63,870 nt of DNA from Candidatus Moraniibacteriota bacterium (GCA_026396175.1 JAPLXG010000014.1:1-63870), one strand, 5' to 3'. Shown: positions 54,378 through 62,290, counted from the stretch's first letter. The notes: generated from the sequence alone by a model not told the origin. Made by a program: numbers and translations.

Positions 54378-56351
54378 TTATTTGTTAAATTCATTAATAT
54401 AATCTTTCTCTTTTGATGATAGCGTAAATTTATCCATGATATAATTATCCAATTTCATAAAATTACCCTCATTATTCATTGTCCCATCGACAAGTTCGAT
54501 AATTTCAGAAAAGATTTCTCCATTCCAAAGTGGCAATGGCAGTTGTTCAATATGACTTCGCAAGATTTTTATGCTTGAAAACTTTTTTTGAAATATAAAT
54601 TGATACAAAGAAGAATTAAACAAGGCGGCAATTACTTTTATTGGATAATTTGAGATCTTAGGAATAACAATATTAGCACTGTTCAAAGTTAGCTGCTGCT
54701 TATCATCATAAGCAAAAACCAAATATTTTGAAATGAATCGATAAATTAGTTTTTCTTTTGCACGATACTTTCCCGTCGGAGCTACTTGTTGAAATTTTTC
54801 CGGCACAAATTGAATGTAGCTCGAAGGCTTATCTAATATGAACTTTTCAACGTCTTTCCCTTTGTAAATAGGCTCAAATCCGTCTTTTGGCTCATCTGCA
54901 ATAAATTCTTTGTTATTTCCAGTAACAATTCCCAATGCCCAATCAGCCTTATTTTCCAAAGTTGTATGCTTCGCTGAATATATTTTACTAATTATTTCAG
55001 CGTCGAATTCACTTGCGTGAATATCGAAAACCAAATCTTGATTCTGGAGCCATCTTGTTTGCTCAATACTATAACTCTTGTTTTCTTTGCAAATCACTAT
55101 TCTACCATTATTCACCTCACTCTTTTTGAAATCCAACCTAATGACAGGAGTAAAAACATTTTTGAAAACTCGATTAAGATAGGTTATCTTTTTAATTTGA
55201 GCATTTTTTAAAATAATTCCTCGTATATCTTTATGCGTTTTTACATTTAAAATTGACTCTGGTAAAATAAACGAGCTTATTCCGCCATCACAAAGCAAAT
55301 CGAGACTTTTTTTGAGAAAATATGAGAAAGACTCCAGGGATGTTATCGTGGGGTAGGTTTTTTTCAGCCTCCCACTATCCTCTTTTGAAAAATGCACTCC
55401 CCACGGCGGATTCGTGGCAATAACGTCAAAATTTCTAATATTTTCATCATTTAAGCTAAATAAATCATAGTTGCCAATGTCGAAAAGTGTGTTTTTGCAA
55501 ACAATATTTGGAGCGAAATCTCTGCCTTTGAATTTTATTAAAAGATTAAGTCGAGCAATCCTGACAGCAATCTCATCAAAATCAACACCATAAATATTTT
55601 CGGGATTTTCCACAACATCAGAAAAAGCTAGTAAAAACTGTCCTGTCCCACAGCAAGGATCTAGAACTTTTGAATCTCTTTTCGCATAATCAGCTACTAT
55701 TTCGTCAACTATATTCGATGGCGTGTAATATGATCCGCTCTGAGACTTTTTTCCTTCAAGCAAAAGGGATTGATATAGAAATCCGAGAACATCCCGTTGT
55801 TTTGGAATATTACAATCAAGCAGAAAAGAAAACTCTTCTTTTATTTTTCCCTCATCTATTTCTAAAATCCAAGATATAATTTCTTCTTTAATTTGTTTGT
55901 TCGTAAAAGACAAATCCTTTTTCTGGACAACATCTTGAATGCTAACGCTTAATAACACCCCCTCTTTTTTGAGCAAGTTCAAACTAATAAGTAAAAGCGC
56001 CGGAAACAATTCTATGTTATTACTTTTTATAAAATCAACTATAAAATTAAGTTCGTCAAAACTATATCTGTCCTTTGCATACTCGTCAGGCACAAAAGTT
56101 TTATCAGCTTTCGCCTTGTTGGCACGTCTGTTTAGTTTTTCCAAATCGCCACTTAAAATTTTTGATTTAATATCCTCGACATCTTTTTTGTGAAAAAAAT
56201 GCTTCTTATCTTCAAATGTTTGCAAGTGGCCACACTTAACCCAATTTCTAACAGTTGCTGTTGAAATTCCCAAAAAAGTAGCCGCGCTTTCTAGATTTAG
56301 CACTGCTTCATTATTATTGATTATTAAATTTTTAGCGAAACCATTAGCCAT
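54378..56351 (-). CDS. N6-adenine DNA methyltransferase (gamma class, Eco57I/TaqI-like) with an N-terminal excisionase/MerR-type HTH
   Basis: Motif I VLDPCCGTGQFLL and motif IV ATNPPWG. N-terminal LESAATFLGISTATVRNWVKCGHL. Long C-terminal target-recognition region. The start was set at ATG 56351 (the track starts at an upstream TTG). Confidence 0.85.
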   Translation of the reverse strand: MANGFAKNLIINNNEAVLNLESAATFLGISTATVRNWVKCGHLQTFEDKKHFFHKKDVEDIKSKILSGDLEKLNRRANKAKADKTFVPDEYAKDRYSFDELNFIVDFIKSNNIELFPALLLISLNLLKKEGVLLSVSIQDVVQKKDLSFTNKQIKEEIISWILEIDEGKIKEEFSFLLDCNIPKQRDVLGFLYQSLLLEGKKSQSGSYYTPSNIVDEIVADYAKRDSKVLDPCCGTGQFLLAFSDVVENPENIYGVDFDEIAVRIARLNLLIKFKGRDFAPNIVCKNTLFDIGNYDLFSLNDENIRNFDVIATNPPWGVHFSKEDSGRLKKTYPTITSLESFSYFLKKSLDLLCDGGISSFILPESILNVKTHKDIRGIILKNAQIKKITYLNRVFKNVFTPVIRLDFKKSEVNNGRIVICKENKSYSIEQTRWLQNQDLVFDIHASEFDAEIISKIYSAKHTTLENKADWALGIVTGNNKEFIADEPKDGFEPIYKGKDVEKFILDKPSSYIQFVPEKFQQVAPTGKYRAKEKLIYRFISKYLVFAYDDKQQLTLNSANIVIPKISNYPIKVIAALFNSSLYQFIFQKKFSSIKILRSHIEQLPLPLWNGEIFSEIIELVDGTMNNEGNFMKLDNYIMDKFTLSSKEKDYINEFNK

Positions 56352-56379
56352 AACTCTGTTCTTAAAAAAACAAAACAAA

Positions 56380-57801
56380 TTACGTGATATTTCCGTTTTT
56401 AAACTTTTCTACTATATCGTCTACGATTTCATCATTTATACTAAAAAAATCAAATATTTCAAATAGCGGTCTAGTAAATTCCTTGACTAAATTGGCAAGA
56501 TCTTCTTCTATTTGCGCCATAGAAGTAACAATAGCAACGGCACTCTCATTTTCATCAGTCTTTCTTTCGCGAACAAATCTTTGTCCGGAGGCGCTAATTA
56601 TTCTTCCTTTCAACCCAGCATGCTTAATCTCAATAGAAAATTCCTGCATTCTGTCGACTCCAAGATTTTTATATAAATTAGCAACATACATAAGCGATTC
56701 AGCTATTCGCACAATTCTTGTGTTAAAAAATATATAGCCTGGCCTTCTCTGATCTTCAAATAAACTTTTCAGTAAATAAAATGAACCGTCTTGCTTTATA
56801 GCCCAATAGTCATAAGAAATCTGCTCTTTTTCTGTTTCAAAAATATCCTGCTTCTTAATCGAAAGCTCGGCATGAATACCAGTATTGTCTGGTTTTGGTT
56901 TATATTCTTCCACAGCATCTATGAATACACCTATCGGCCAGCCAAAAGTATTTATTTGCGAAGTTCTTGCAGCATCTTTCAATTCGTTTTTGCCCTTACT
57001 TAAAAAATGATTAGTAAGATATGATTTAACCTCCATAGAAGTTTTGATTCCAAGATTTGAAAGACCTGCTTCTGCAACTTTTCTGTGAATGGAAAACCAA
57101 TCTTTGTTATTTGAATGTGAAATAATAATTCTTGATTTTATGGTATCTAGACTTTTTTTGTTTGCCTCCAATATTAAAGGCACCTCAACATCAGCAAGCC
57201 CAGATCTACCTTTTTCTTTGACAAGATCCCATAAACTTTCACAGCTATTCAATATATTGGAAATTGCACCTGATAATATTCTCGGCTCTCCTTCGCTATT
57301 TTTATTCTTATACACATATTTTGTATCTTGAATTGCCCAGGCATTTCCCAAAACAGTCCTAAGCTGAATTTCGCAACGCATCTTCATTTCCTCGTCTCCA
57401 AAATTAATAACTTTTGAAAAATTAAAATGATACGCCCTATAATTTCCTTCTTTTTTATCTCCTATAACATCCAAATACTTTTGCTTAAGTTCACCCTCTA
57501 ATAAATCATAAATTTTTTCTCTATCACTACTGCAATGGCAAGTAATTCGAACTCCTGCAATATCTTTTATATCGAGAATGCTTTTATATTTCCTATATTT
57601 TTCAGTATCATTGTCTATGTGTGCAAGAATTGAGCTGATATTCTTTATATCATTTTGCAATCGTTGTTCTACCTCATGTATATCAACAACGTCTTTTTTT
57701 AAATTCCTTAGCTCATTTAAAAAATCATAAACTTCCAATTGAAACGATTTCAAGAAGGGTTTGTATTTTTCATAATCTAAAATTAATTGTTCCCTATTCA
57801 T
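56380..57801 (-). CDS. RelA/SpoT-domain (small alarmone synthetase / toxSAS-like) nucleotidyltransferase fused to an uncharacterised ~280-aa C-terminal domain
   Basis: DIAGVRITC, YRAYHFNF and CEIQLRTVLGNAWA match the RelA_SpoT synthetase core (DxxGxR, Y..H, ExQxRT..WA). No hydrolase or TGS domain. I recognise nothing in the C-terminal half. Confidence 0.8.
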   Translation of the reverse strand: MNREQLILDYEKYKPFLKSFQLEVYDFLNELRNLKKDVVDIHEVEQRLQNDIKNISSILAHIDNDTEKYRKYKSILDIKDIAGVRITCHCSSDREKIYDLLEGELKQKYLDVIGDKKEGNYRAYHFNFSKVINFGDEEMKMRCEIQLRTVLGNAWAIQDTKYVYKNKNSEGEPRILSGAISNILNSCESLWDLVKEKGRSGLADVEVPLILEANKKSLDTIKSRIIISHSNNKDWFSIHRKVAEAGLSNLGIKTSMEVKSYLTNHFLSKGKNELKDAARTSQINTFGWPIGVFIDAVEEYKPKPDNTGIHAELSIKKQDIFETEKEQISYDYWAIKQDGSFYLLKSLFEDQRRPGYIFFNTRIVRIAESLMYVANLYKNLGVDRMQEFSIEIKHAGLKGRIISASGQRFVRERKTDENESAVAIVTSMAQIEEDLANLVKEFTRPLFEIFDFFSINDEIVDDIVEKFKNGNIT

Positions 57802-57836
57802 GTTGGTTGTTATTTTTTGGTGATAATCATAATGAC

Positions 57837-57865
57837 ATTATACCACTACTCTATCTTTTCGTCAA
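57837..57865 (-). promoter_or_regulatory. Sigma70 promoter of the island (TTGACG-17-TATAAT)
   Basis: Read on the minus strand, about 35 nt upstream of the RelA/SpoT-like ATG. Confidence 0.65.
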
Positions 57866-57963
57866 ATTTCCATTGATTTTTATACCTCCAGCGACTAATG
57901 CTTCATATTTCCCATTATACCACCGAACAAACAACAACTCAATAAGCCTTTCGAAATTTCCCC

Positions 57964-57992
57964 TTGCGTTAAATTTCTAAAAACTGTATAAT
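57964..57992 (+). promoter_or_regulatory. Sigma70 promoter of the 58029 gene (TTGCGT-17-TATAAT)
   Basis: Perfect -10 box and 17-nt spacer. Confidence 0.6.
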
Positions 57993-58028
57993 TATTTCGT
58001 AAAATAAAAATACTAAACCAAAACAAAG

Positions 58029-58802
58029 ATGGAAGAAAAAAATACTAATGACGCTAATAAAAACGCGGAAAAAATTCAGGCGCTTCGCGATATGATTTCC
58101 ACCGCTGAGACGACTCTGCAAGGCGCGAAATCGATGCTTTTGCAATTGGAAGGCAAGAAAAAAGCCGGTCGCCGCAGAAAGACAGAAGACGCGGACGAGA
58201 ATGAAAAAGTGATCGAGGGAACTTTTGATGGCCAGATTATGTTGGGAACCGACGGCAAGCAATATCCCGTCCCCGCTAACTATGCTTCCAAATCAAAACT
58301 GGTCAAGGGCGATATGATGAAGCTGTCAATTACTTCGGACGGCTCTTTTATCTATAAACAAATCGGGCCGGTCGTCCGCAAGATGGCCATCGGCACAGTC
58401 AACCAAGATACGGATGGCAATTATTTTGTCGTAGCTGATGGCAAAGCCTATCGAGTACTCCTGGCTTCCATTACATACTTCAAAGTCGAGCCGGGCGATG
58501 AAGTGACACTGGTCACTCCACGCGACATCGATTCCGAATGGGGCGCGATTGAAAATTTGTTGCAAAAATCACGCGAGAAAAAAGAACTGCCAAGAAAAGA
58601 TGCCGACCAGGATATCGGCGGATTCAGAAAAATTGACGGCATCTTCAACGAAAAACCGGCGCGCGATGAAACAGCCGCGCCAGCCGCTCCCGCTCCAGAA
58701 AAAGAAGTAGCATCAACCAGCGATAATACTTCCGTCATTGATGAATGGATGCCTAACTTGGATGAACTAAGAAAAGAATTGGAAAATAAATCCCAAGAAT
58801 AA
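58029..58802 (+). CDS. Conserved-looking hypothetical protein (coiled-coil N-terminus, beta-rich core, acidic tail)
   Basis: 257 aa, GC and codon style like the core genes. No domain recognised. Confidence 0.65.
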   Translation: MEEKNTNDANKNAEKIQALRDMISTAETTLQGAKSMLLQLEGKKKAGRRRKTEDADENEKVIEGTFDGQIMLGTDGKQYPVPANYASKSKLVKGDMMKLSITSDGSFIYKQIGPVVRKMAIGTVNQDTDGNYFVVADGKAYRVLLASITYFKVEPGDEVTLVTPRDIDSEWGAIENLLQKSREKKELPRKDADQDIGGFRKIDGIFNEKPARDETAAPAAPAPEKEVASTSDNTSVIDEWMPNLDELRKELENKSQE

Positions 58803-58936
58803 TTCATCCCCCACCACTTTTTTGCTTTTTTGGAATTATTTTTCTTATACAATTACAATAACCTACTAAAAAAATAAACTAACCCAATAACCTTCTGCCT
58901 ACCTCGCGAATGCGAGCAAAAAAGTGGTGGGGGATA
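58802..58936. mobile_element. MITE-like element, family D
   Basis: ATTCATCCCCCACCACTTTTTTGC ... CGCGAATGCGAGCAAAAAAGTGGTGGGGGAT. Fills the gap between the two flanking genes. Confidence 0.85.
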
Positions 58937-58941
58937 AAAAT

Positions 58942-59592
58942 ATGGAAGAAATTCAAATGACCAAAAAAGACGTCACCTTTGCTGCTGGCGCGGGCCTGCT
59001 CATCGGGCTACTCTTAATGCCCACGTTAGCCGCGGCGAAACCTGACCTCTATGCCAAACTCTCGCTTTGGCTCATCCCCTTTTTCCTCGTTGCCACACCT
59101 TTCGGACTCACCATCACCTACTACATCAGTAAAAAAATCGCTGTGTTTTGGCAACTGGGAAAATTTATTGTCACCGGAGTTTTGAATGTGCTAGTCGATA
59201 TGGGCGTCCTCTCACTGCTCATTTATTTTTTCCGCACTTCGTTGCAAATCGAAGCTAAGGATTTAGTTTTTGCCGGACTCGCCTTTCTCACTTTCTATTC
59301 CGTCTACAAGGCCATCTCTTTTATCATTGCCAACATCAACAGTTACATCTGGAATAAATATTGGACCTTCGGACAAACCGGTGAAAAGAAAACGGAATTT
59401 TTGCAATTTTTTCTTGTCAGTCTGGTCGGTTTTTTCATCAACGTCGCCGTCGCGTCACTAGTCTTTCATCTCGGCAATCCCACCGGTGATCTCGCTCAAG
59501 GCCAATGGGGACTAATTGGCGCCGCCATGGGCAGTATCGTTGGTCTCGCTTGGAATTTCATCGGCTACAAGTTTTTCGTTTTTAAAAAATAG
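58942..59592 (+). CDS. GtrA-family membrane protein
   Basis: Four TM segments. The NxxxD (VLNVLVDMG) and WNFIGYKFFVFKK C-terminus are typical of GtrA. The track ORF was trimmed to MEEIQM. Confidence 0.8.
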   Translation: MEEIQMTKKDVTFAAGAGLLIGLLLMPTLAAAKPDLYAKLSLWLIPFFLVATPFGLTITYYISKKIAVFWQLGKFIVTGVLNVLVDMGVLSLLIYFFRTSLQIEAKDLVFAGLAFLTFYSVYKAISFIIANINSYIWNKYWTFGQTGEKKTEFLQFFLVSLVGFFINVAVASLVFHLGNPTGDLAQGQWGLIGAAMGSIVGLAWNFIGYKFFVFKK

Positions 59593-59607
59593 TCTTTTTT
59601 TCACGCT

Positions 59608-59640
59608 AAATCCTGCCATTTTGGCAGGATTTTTCTTTTT
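59608..59640 (+). terminator. Intrinsic terminator after gtrA-like gene
   Basis: AAATCCTGCC-ATTTT-GGCAGGATTT followed by a T-run. Confidence 0.75.
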
Positions 59641-59737
59641 GTCGGAATAATGATAAGCTAGGATCATACAGGATCTTGGGAATTAAACATAATATAAGTC
59701 CTTATCTTAAAACTCCCAAGTAAACAAAGAATTCTCC

Positions 59738-59858
59738 CTAAATTCTAAATTTTAAGTTTGAAATTTTCAATCAATTTTAAATGTTTCAAATTATAAATAA
59801 TTAAAAAATTTATTAATTTAGCCTTCATTTTAAATTTTAAATTTAGCCTTTTAAATTT
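59738..59858. repeat. AT-rich heptamer-based repeat, family G, upstream of dnaX
   Basis: AAATTCTAAATTTTAAG.. ..TTTTAAATTTTAAATTTAGCC. Confidence 0.6.
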
Positions 59859-59864
59859 ACCCCC

Positions 59865-61532
59865 ATGTCCCAAACATTATATCGAAAATACCGCCCAAAA
59901 AACTTTTCCGAAATCATCGGTCAAGCGCACATCGTGCGCACGCTTTCCAATGCGATTAAAAATAATCGCGTCGCTCACGCCTATCTTTTTACCGGACCGC
60001 GTGGCACTGGCAAAACTACTTTTGCGCGCATTTTTGCTAAGACGATTAATTGCCAAGACAATAAAGATGTTAATGCTTGCGAAAAATGTCCGGCATGTCT
60101 CGCCATTCAATCCGGCCAATCGCTCGATATCATCGAAATTGACGCCGCATCGAACACTGGCGTGGACAACATCCGCGAACTAAAAGAAACGATTGCCCTT
60201 CCACCGACACTTTTGAAATATAAGGTCTATATTATTGACGAGGCGCATATGCTTTCCACTGGTGCGTTTAACGCACTTTTGAAAACCCTTGAAGAACCGC
60301 CCGCTCACGTCATTTTTATTCTCGCCACAACCGAGATTCACAAAGTCCCCGCCACGATTGTTTCGCGTTGCCAAAAATTTGATTTTCCCCGCTGGCCAAT
60401 GGCGGACATCATCGAAAAGCTGACGCTCATCGCTAAGCAGGAAAAAATCACCGTGGAAAAAGAAGCCTTGGAAATGATTGCTCTCTCAGCCGAAGGCGGA
60501 ATGCGTGACGCTGAATCACTGCTCGGCCAAATTATTGCGCTGGAAGATCAAAATATTTCCGCCAAAGAGGTGGAAGAAATCCTCGGCACAGTCGACAAAA
60601 GTTTTATCGGCGACGTCGCCGAGGAGATTATGCTCAAAAATACCGGGAAAGCCTTGGCGAAAATTAATGAGCTGATTGCCGGCGGTTATGACTTGCAAAT
60701 TTTTGCCAAAGCCCTCATCAATCATTTTCGCCAACTGATGCTTCTCAAAATTGATGAGAATTTCAAGACCTATTTCACGCGCGAACTGACTGAGGATAAA
60801 ATTGAAAAACTGATCGTTCTCGCGCAAAAAAGTGAACTCTCTGAAATTGTTGCCACGATTGATTTGCTTTTGGTGGCACAAAATAAAATTTTCTCCTATC
60901 TCCTCCCCCAACTCGCCCTGGAAATTGCGATTATTAAGGCGACGCAGAAATTTCCCGCACCGGCTCAGGTGGTATCTGGTATCCGGTATGAAGTATCTGG
61001 TATAAATACAGGGAGTAATACCGTGGACAAAATAAGTGCGATGGAAACAAAAAAAATCAGTCCCCTTTCCACGCCGGAAAAAAAAATTGAACTTGCATCA
61101 ACAGAGCTACCACCAACTAAAATCACTGCCATAAATCCAGATGCACAAATCGACCGTGACCTGCTCAGGAGCCGCTGGAACCGCTTGCTCATCGAAATTC
61201 GTCCCTACAACCATTCCCTCTCCGCTCTCCTCACTAACTGCCAAGTTGTGACCACCGAGGGCAACGTCATCACCCTGGCCACGCCCTATGAGTTCTACAA
61301 AGAAAAACTGGACGACCCGGGCAATCGATTGACAATTGAGGAAGTTTTTAGTAAGATTTTAGAATTGGCCGTGCGCATCAATGTGGTCGTCGACAAGGCC
61401 CTCGCACCAGTCCAAAACTCCGCCGTCGATGACGAACTTCAACAGGCGAAGGAAAAAGAAAAAGCCACGCACGAACAATCCTCCCTCCTCAGCTCCGCGA
61501 TGGAGATTATGGGAGGGAAAATCGTGGAATAG
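59865..61532 (+). CDS. dnaX: DNA polymerase III subunit gamma/tau
   Basis: YRKYRP..F.E..GQ, GPRGTGKTT, Zn module C..C..C and SRCQ.F. Confidence 0.95.
   Translation: MSQTLYRKYRPKNFSEIIGQAHIVRTLSNAIKNNRVAHAYLFTGPRGTGKTTFARIFAKTINCQDNKDVNACEKCPACLAIQSGQSLDIIEIDAASNTGVDNIRELKETIALPPTLLKYKVYIIDEAHMLSTGAFNALLKTLEEPPAHVIFILATTEIHKVPATIVSRCQKFDFPRWPMADIIEKLTLIAKQEKITVEKEALEMIALSAEGGMRDAESLLGQIIALEDQNISAKEVEEILGTVDKSFIGDVAEEIMLKNTGKALAKINELIAGGYDLQIFAKALINHFRQLMLLKIDENFKTYFTRELTEDKIEKLIVLAQKSELSEIVATIDLLLVAQNKIFSYLLPQLALEIAIIKATQKFPAPAQVVSGIRYEVSGINTGSNTVDKISAMETKKISPLSTPEKKIELASTELPPTKITAINPDAQIDRDLLRSRWNRLLIEIRPYNHSLSALLTNCQVVTTEGNVITLATPYEFYKEKLDDPGNRLTIEEVFSKILELAVRINVVVDKALAPVQNSAVDDELQQAKEKEKATHEQSSLLSSAMEIMGGKIVE
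60968..61010. repeat. GGTATCTGGTAT-type repeat in frame in the dnaX linker region
   Basis: GGTGGTATCTGGTATCCGGTATGAAGTATCTGGTATAAATAC (VVSGIRYEVSGINT). Same family as 61533. Confidence 0.7.
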
Positions 61533-61661
61533 TATCTGGTATCTAGTATATTGTATTTGGTATTTGGTATTTGGTATTTGGTATTTGGTATTTGGTATTT
61601 GGCATTTGGCATTTGGTATTTTTTGAATTCATACCAGATACAAAATACCAGCTACTAGATA
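61533..61661. repeat. Hairpin-forming element with a (TATTTGG)n heptamer tract, between dnaX and tRNA-Gln
   Basis: The left arm GTATCTGGTATCTAGTAT is followed by about 9 heptamer units and a central GAATTC. The right arm is ATACCAGATACAAAATACCAGCTACTAGATAC. Confidence 0.85.
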
Positions 61662-61666
61662 CTAAT

Positions 61667-61738
61667 TGGGGAGTAGCCAAGCGGTAAGGCAACGGACTTT
61701 GACTCCGTCATGCGAAGGTTCGAATCCTTCCTCCCCAA
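61667..61738 (+). tRNA. tRNA-Gln (anticodon UUG)
   Basis: Hand-folded cloverleaf: acceptor TGGGGAG/CTCCCCA, anticodon stem ACGGA/TCCGT with loop CTTTGAC, and T arm GAAGG-TTCGAAT-CCTTC. Close to E. coli tRNA-Gln. No encoded CCA. Confidence 0.92.
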
Positions 61739-61752
61739 CAGTGTATATAAAA
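61733..61752 (+). repeat. Direct repeat copy 1 (tRNA 3' end + 14 nt): CCCCAACAGTGTATATAAAA
   Basis: Identical 20-mer at 61808..61827. Confidence 0.9.
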
Positions 61753-61807
61753 TTGTGCAAGGCACCCCGCCTTGGCGGGGCATGCGTCCTGATTTCGATC
61801 GTGACCG

Positions 61808-61827
61808 CCCCAACAGTGTATATAAAA
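61808..61827 (+). repeat. Direct repeat copy 2: CCCCAACAGTGTATATAAAA
   Basis: Perfect repeat, 5 nt upstream of the GIY-YIG start codon. Confidence 0.9.
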
Positions 61828-61831
61828 CTTT

Positions 61832-62080
61832 ATGCCATTCTTTGTTTACATTCTCAGAAGCATTAAAGATGGAAAACTTTATATTGGCCAAACGAACAAT
61901 CTTGAAGATAGACTTTTGAGACATAATAGCGGGAAAGTTACGGCCACGAGAAACAGAAGACCGCTTACCATAACTCATCAAGAAGAATATCCGAGCAGAA
62001 CAGAGGCAATGCAAAGAGAAAAATATTTAAAATCGTTAAAAGGAGATTTAGAGAGAAAGTTGAATATTAAATTTGAATAA
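61832..62080 (+). CDS. GIY-YIG nuclease-domain protein (stand-alone, 82 aa)
   Basis: FVYILRS..DGKLYIGQTNNLEDRLLRHNSG...E..R matches the short GIY-YIG (YhbQ-like) family. Confidence 0.85.
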   Translation: MPFFVYILRSIKDGKLYIGQTNNLEDRLLRHNSGKVTATRNRRPLTITHQEEYPSRTEAMQREKYLKSLKGDLERKLNIKFE

Positions 62081-62094
62081 GTCACTTCGGTCCG

Positions 62095-62114
62095 CCTGCC
62101 TGCCGGTAGGCAGG
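62095..62114. repeat. Palindrome P (CCTGCCTGCCGGTAGGCAGG)
   Basis: Lies between the GIY-YIG stop and the third tRNA-3'-end-like segment. Confidence 0.85.
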
Positions 62115-62133
62115 AATCCTCCCCCCCCCAACA
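62113..62133 (+). repeat. Third, degenerate copy of the tRNA-Gln 3' end (GGAATCCTCCCCCCCCCAACA)
   Basis: Compare the tRNA 3' end, CGAATCCTTCCTCCCCAACA. Confidence 0.6.
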
Positions 62134-62145
62134 TTCAATAAATCG

Positions 62146-62165
62146 GGCTTTTTTAAGCCTTTTTT
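62146..62165 (+). terminator. Short hairpin terminator, part of a duplicated terminator-promoter module
   Basis: GGCTT-TTTT-AAGCC-TTTTTT. The identical 20-mer occurs at 63501. Confidence 0.5.
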
Positions 62166-62181
62166 GCTTGAGTATTTTTGA

Positions 62182-62210
62182 TTGACAAAAATCCCAAAGT
62201 GCGCTAGTAT
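62182..62210 (+). promoter_or_regulatory. Sigma70 promoter (TTGACA-17-TAGTAT)
   Basis: Consensus -35 box. Drives a 5' UTR of about 130 nt ahead of the gene at 62347. Confidence 0.65.
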
Positions 62211-62244
62211 CATTAGTTAGCTCATTAACAATAAGTAGCTAGTG

Positions 62245-62290
62245 TAAGCAGTGATAAAGTCACAGAAAGTTGCGATTTTATCACTGCTTA
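62245..62290 (+). promoter_or_regulatory. 14-bp perfect stem hairpin in the 5' UTR
   Basis: TAAGCAGTGATAAA-(18 nt)-TTTATCACTGCTTA. Confidence 0.6.

Noticed and set aside
53450-57858. The short shared motif CCACTACT near both edges of the AT-rich island, considered as a possible att or direct-repeat pair.
   Set aside because: Only 8-9 nt are shared with mismatches beyond, which is well within chance for AT-rich flanks. It is not used as evidence for mobility.
61533-61661. A CRISPR array, considered for the regularly repeated short units here and in the 52443 and 33306 tracts.
   Set aside because: The units are 7 nt and directly tandem, without spacers. There are no 25-40-nt repeats with unique spacers and no cas genes anywhere in the window.
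61381-62014. ORFs 61381..61626 (+, ending in YLVFGIWYLVFGIW) and 61655..62014 (-, antisense to tRNA-Gln and the GIY-YIG gene).
   Set aside because: The first is an out-of-frame read of dnaX continuing through the heptamer tract. The second overlaps a confidently folded tRNA and a domain-bearing gene.
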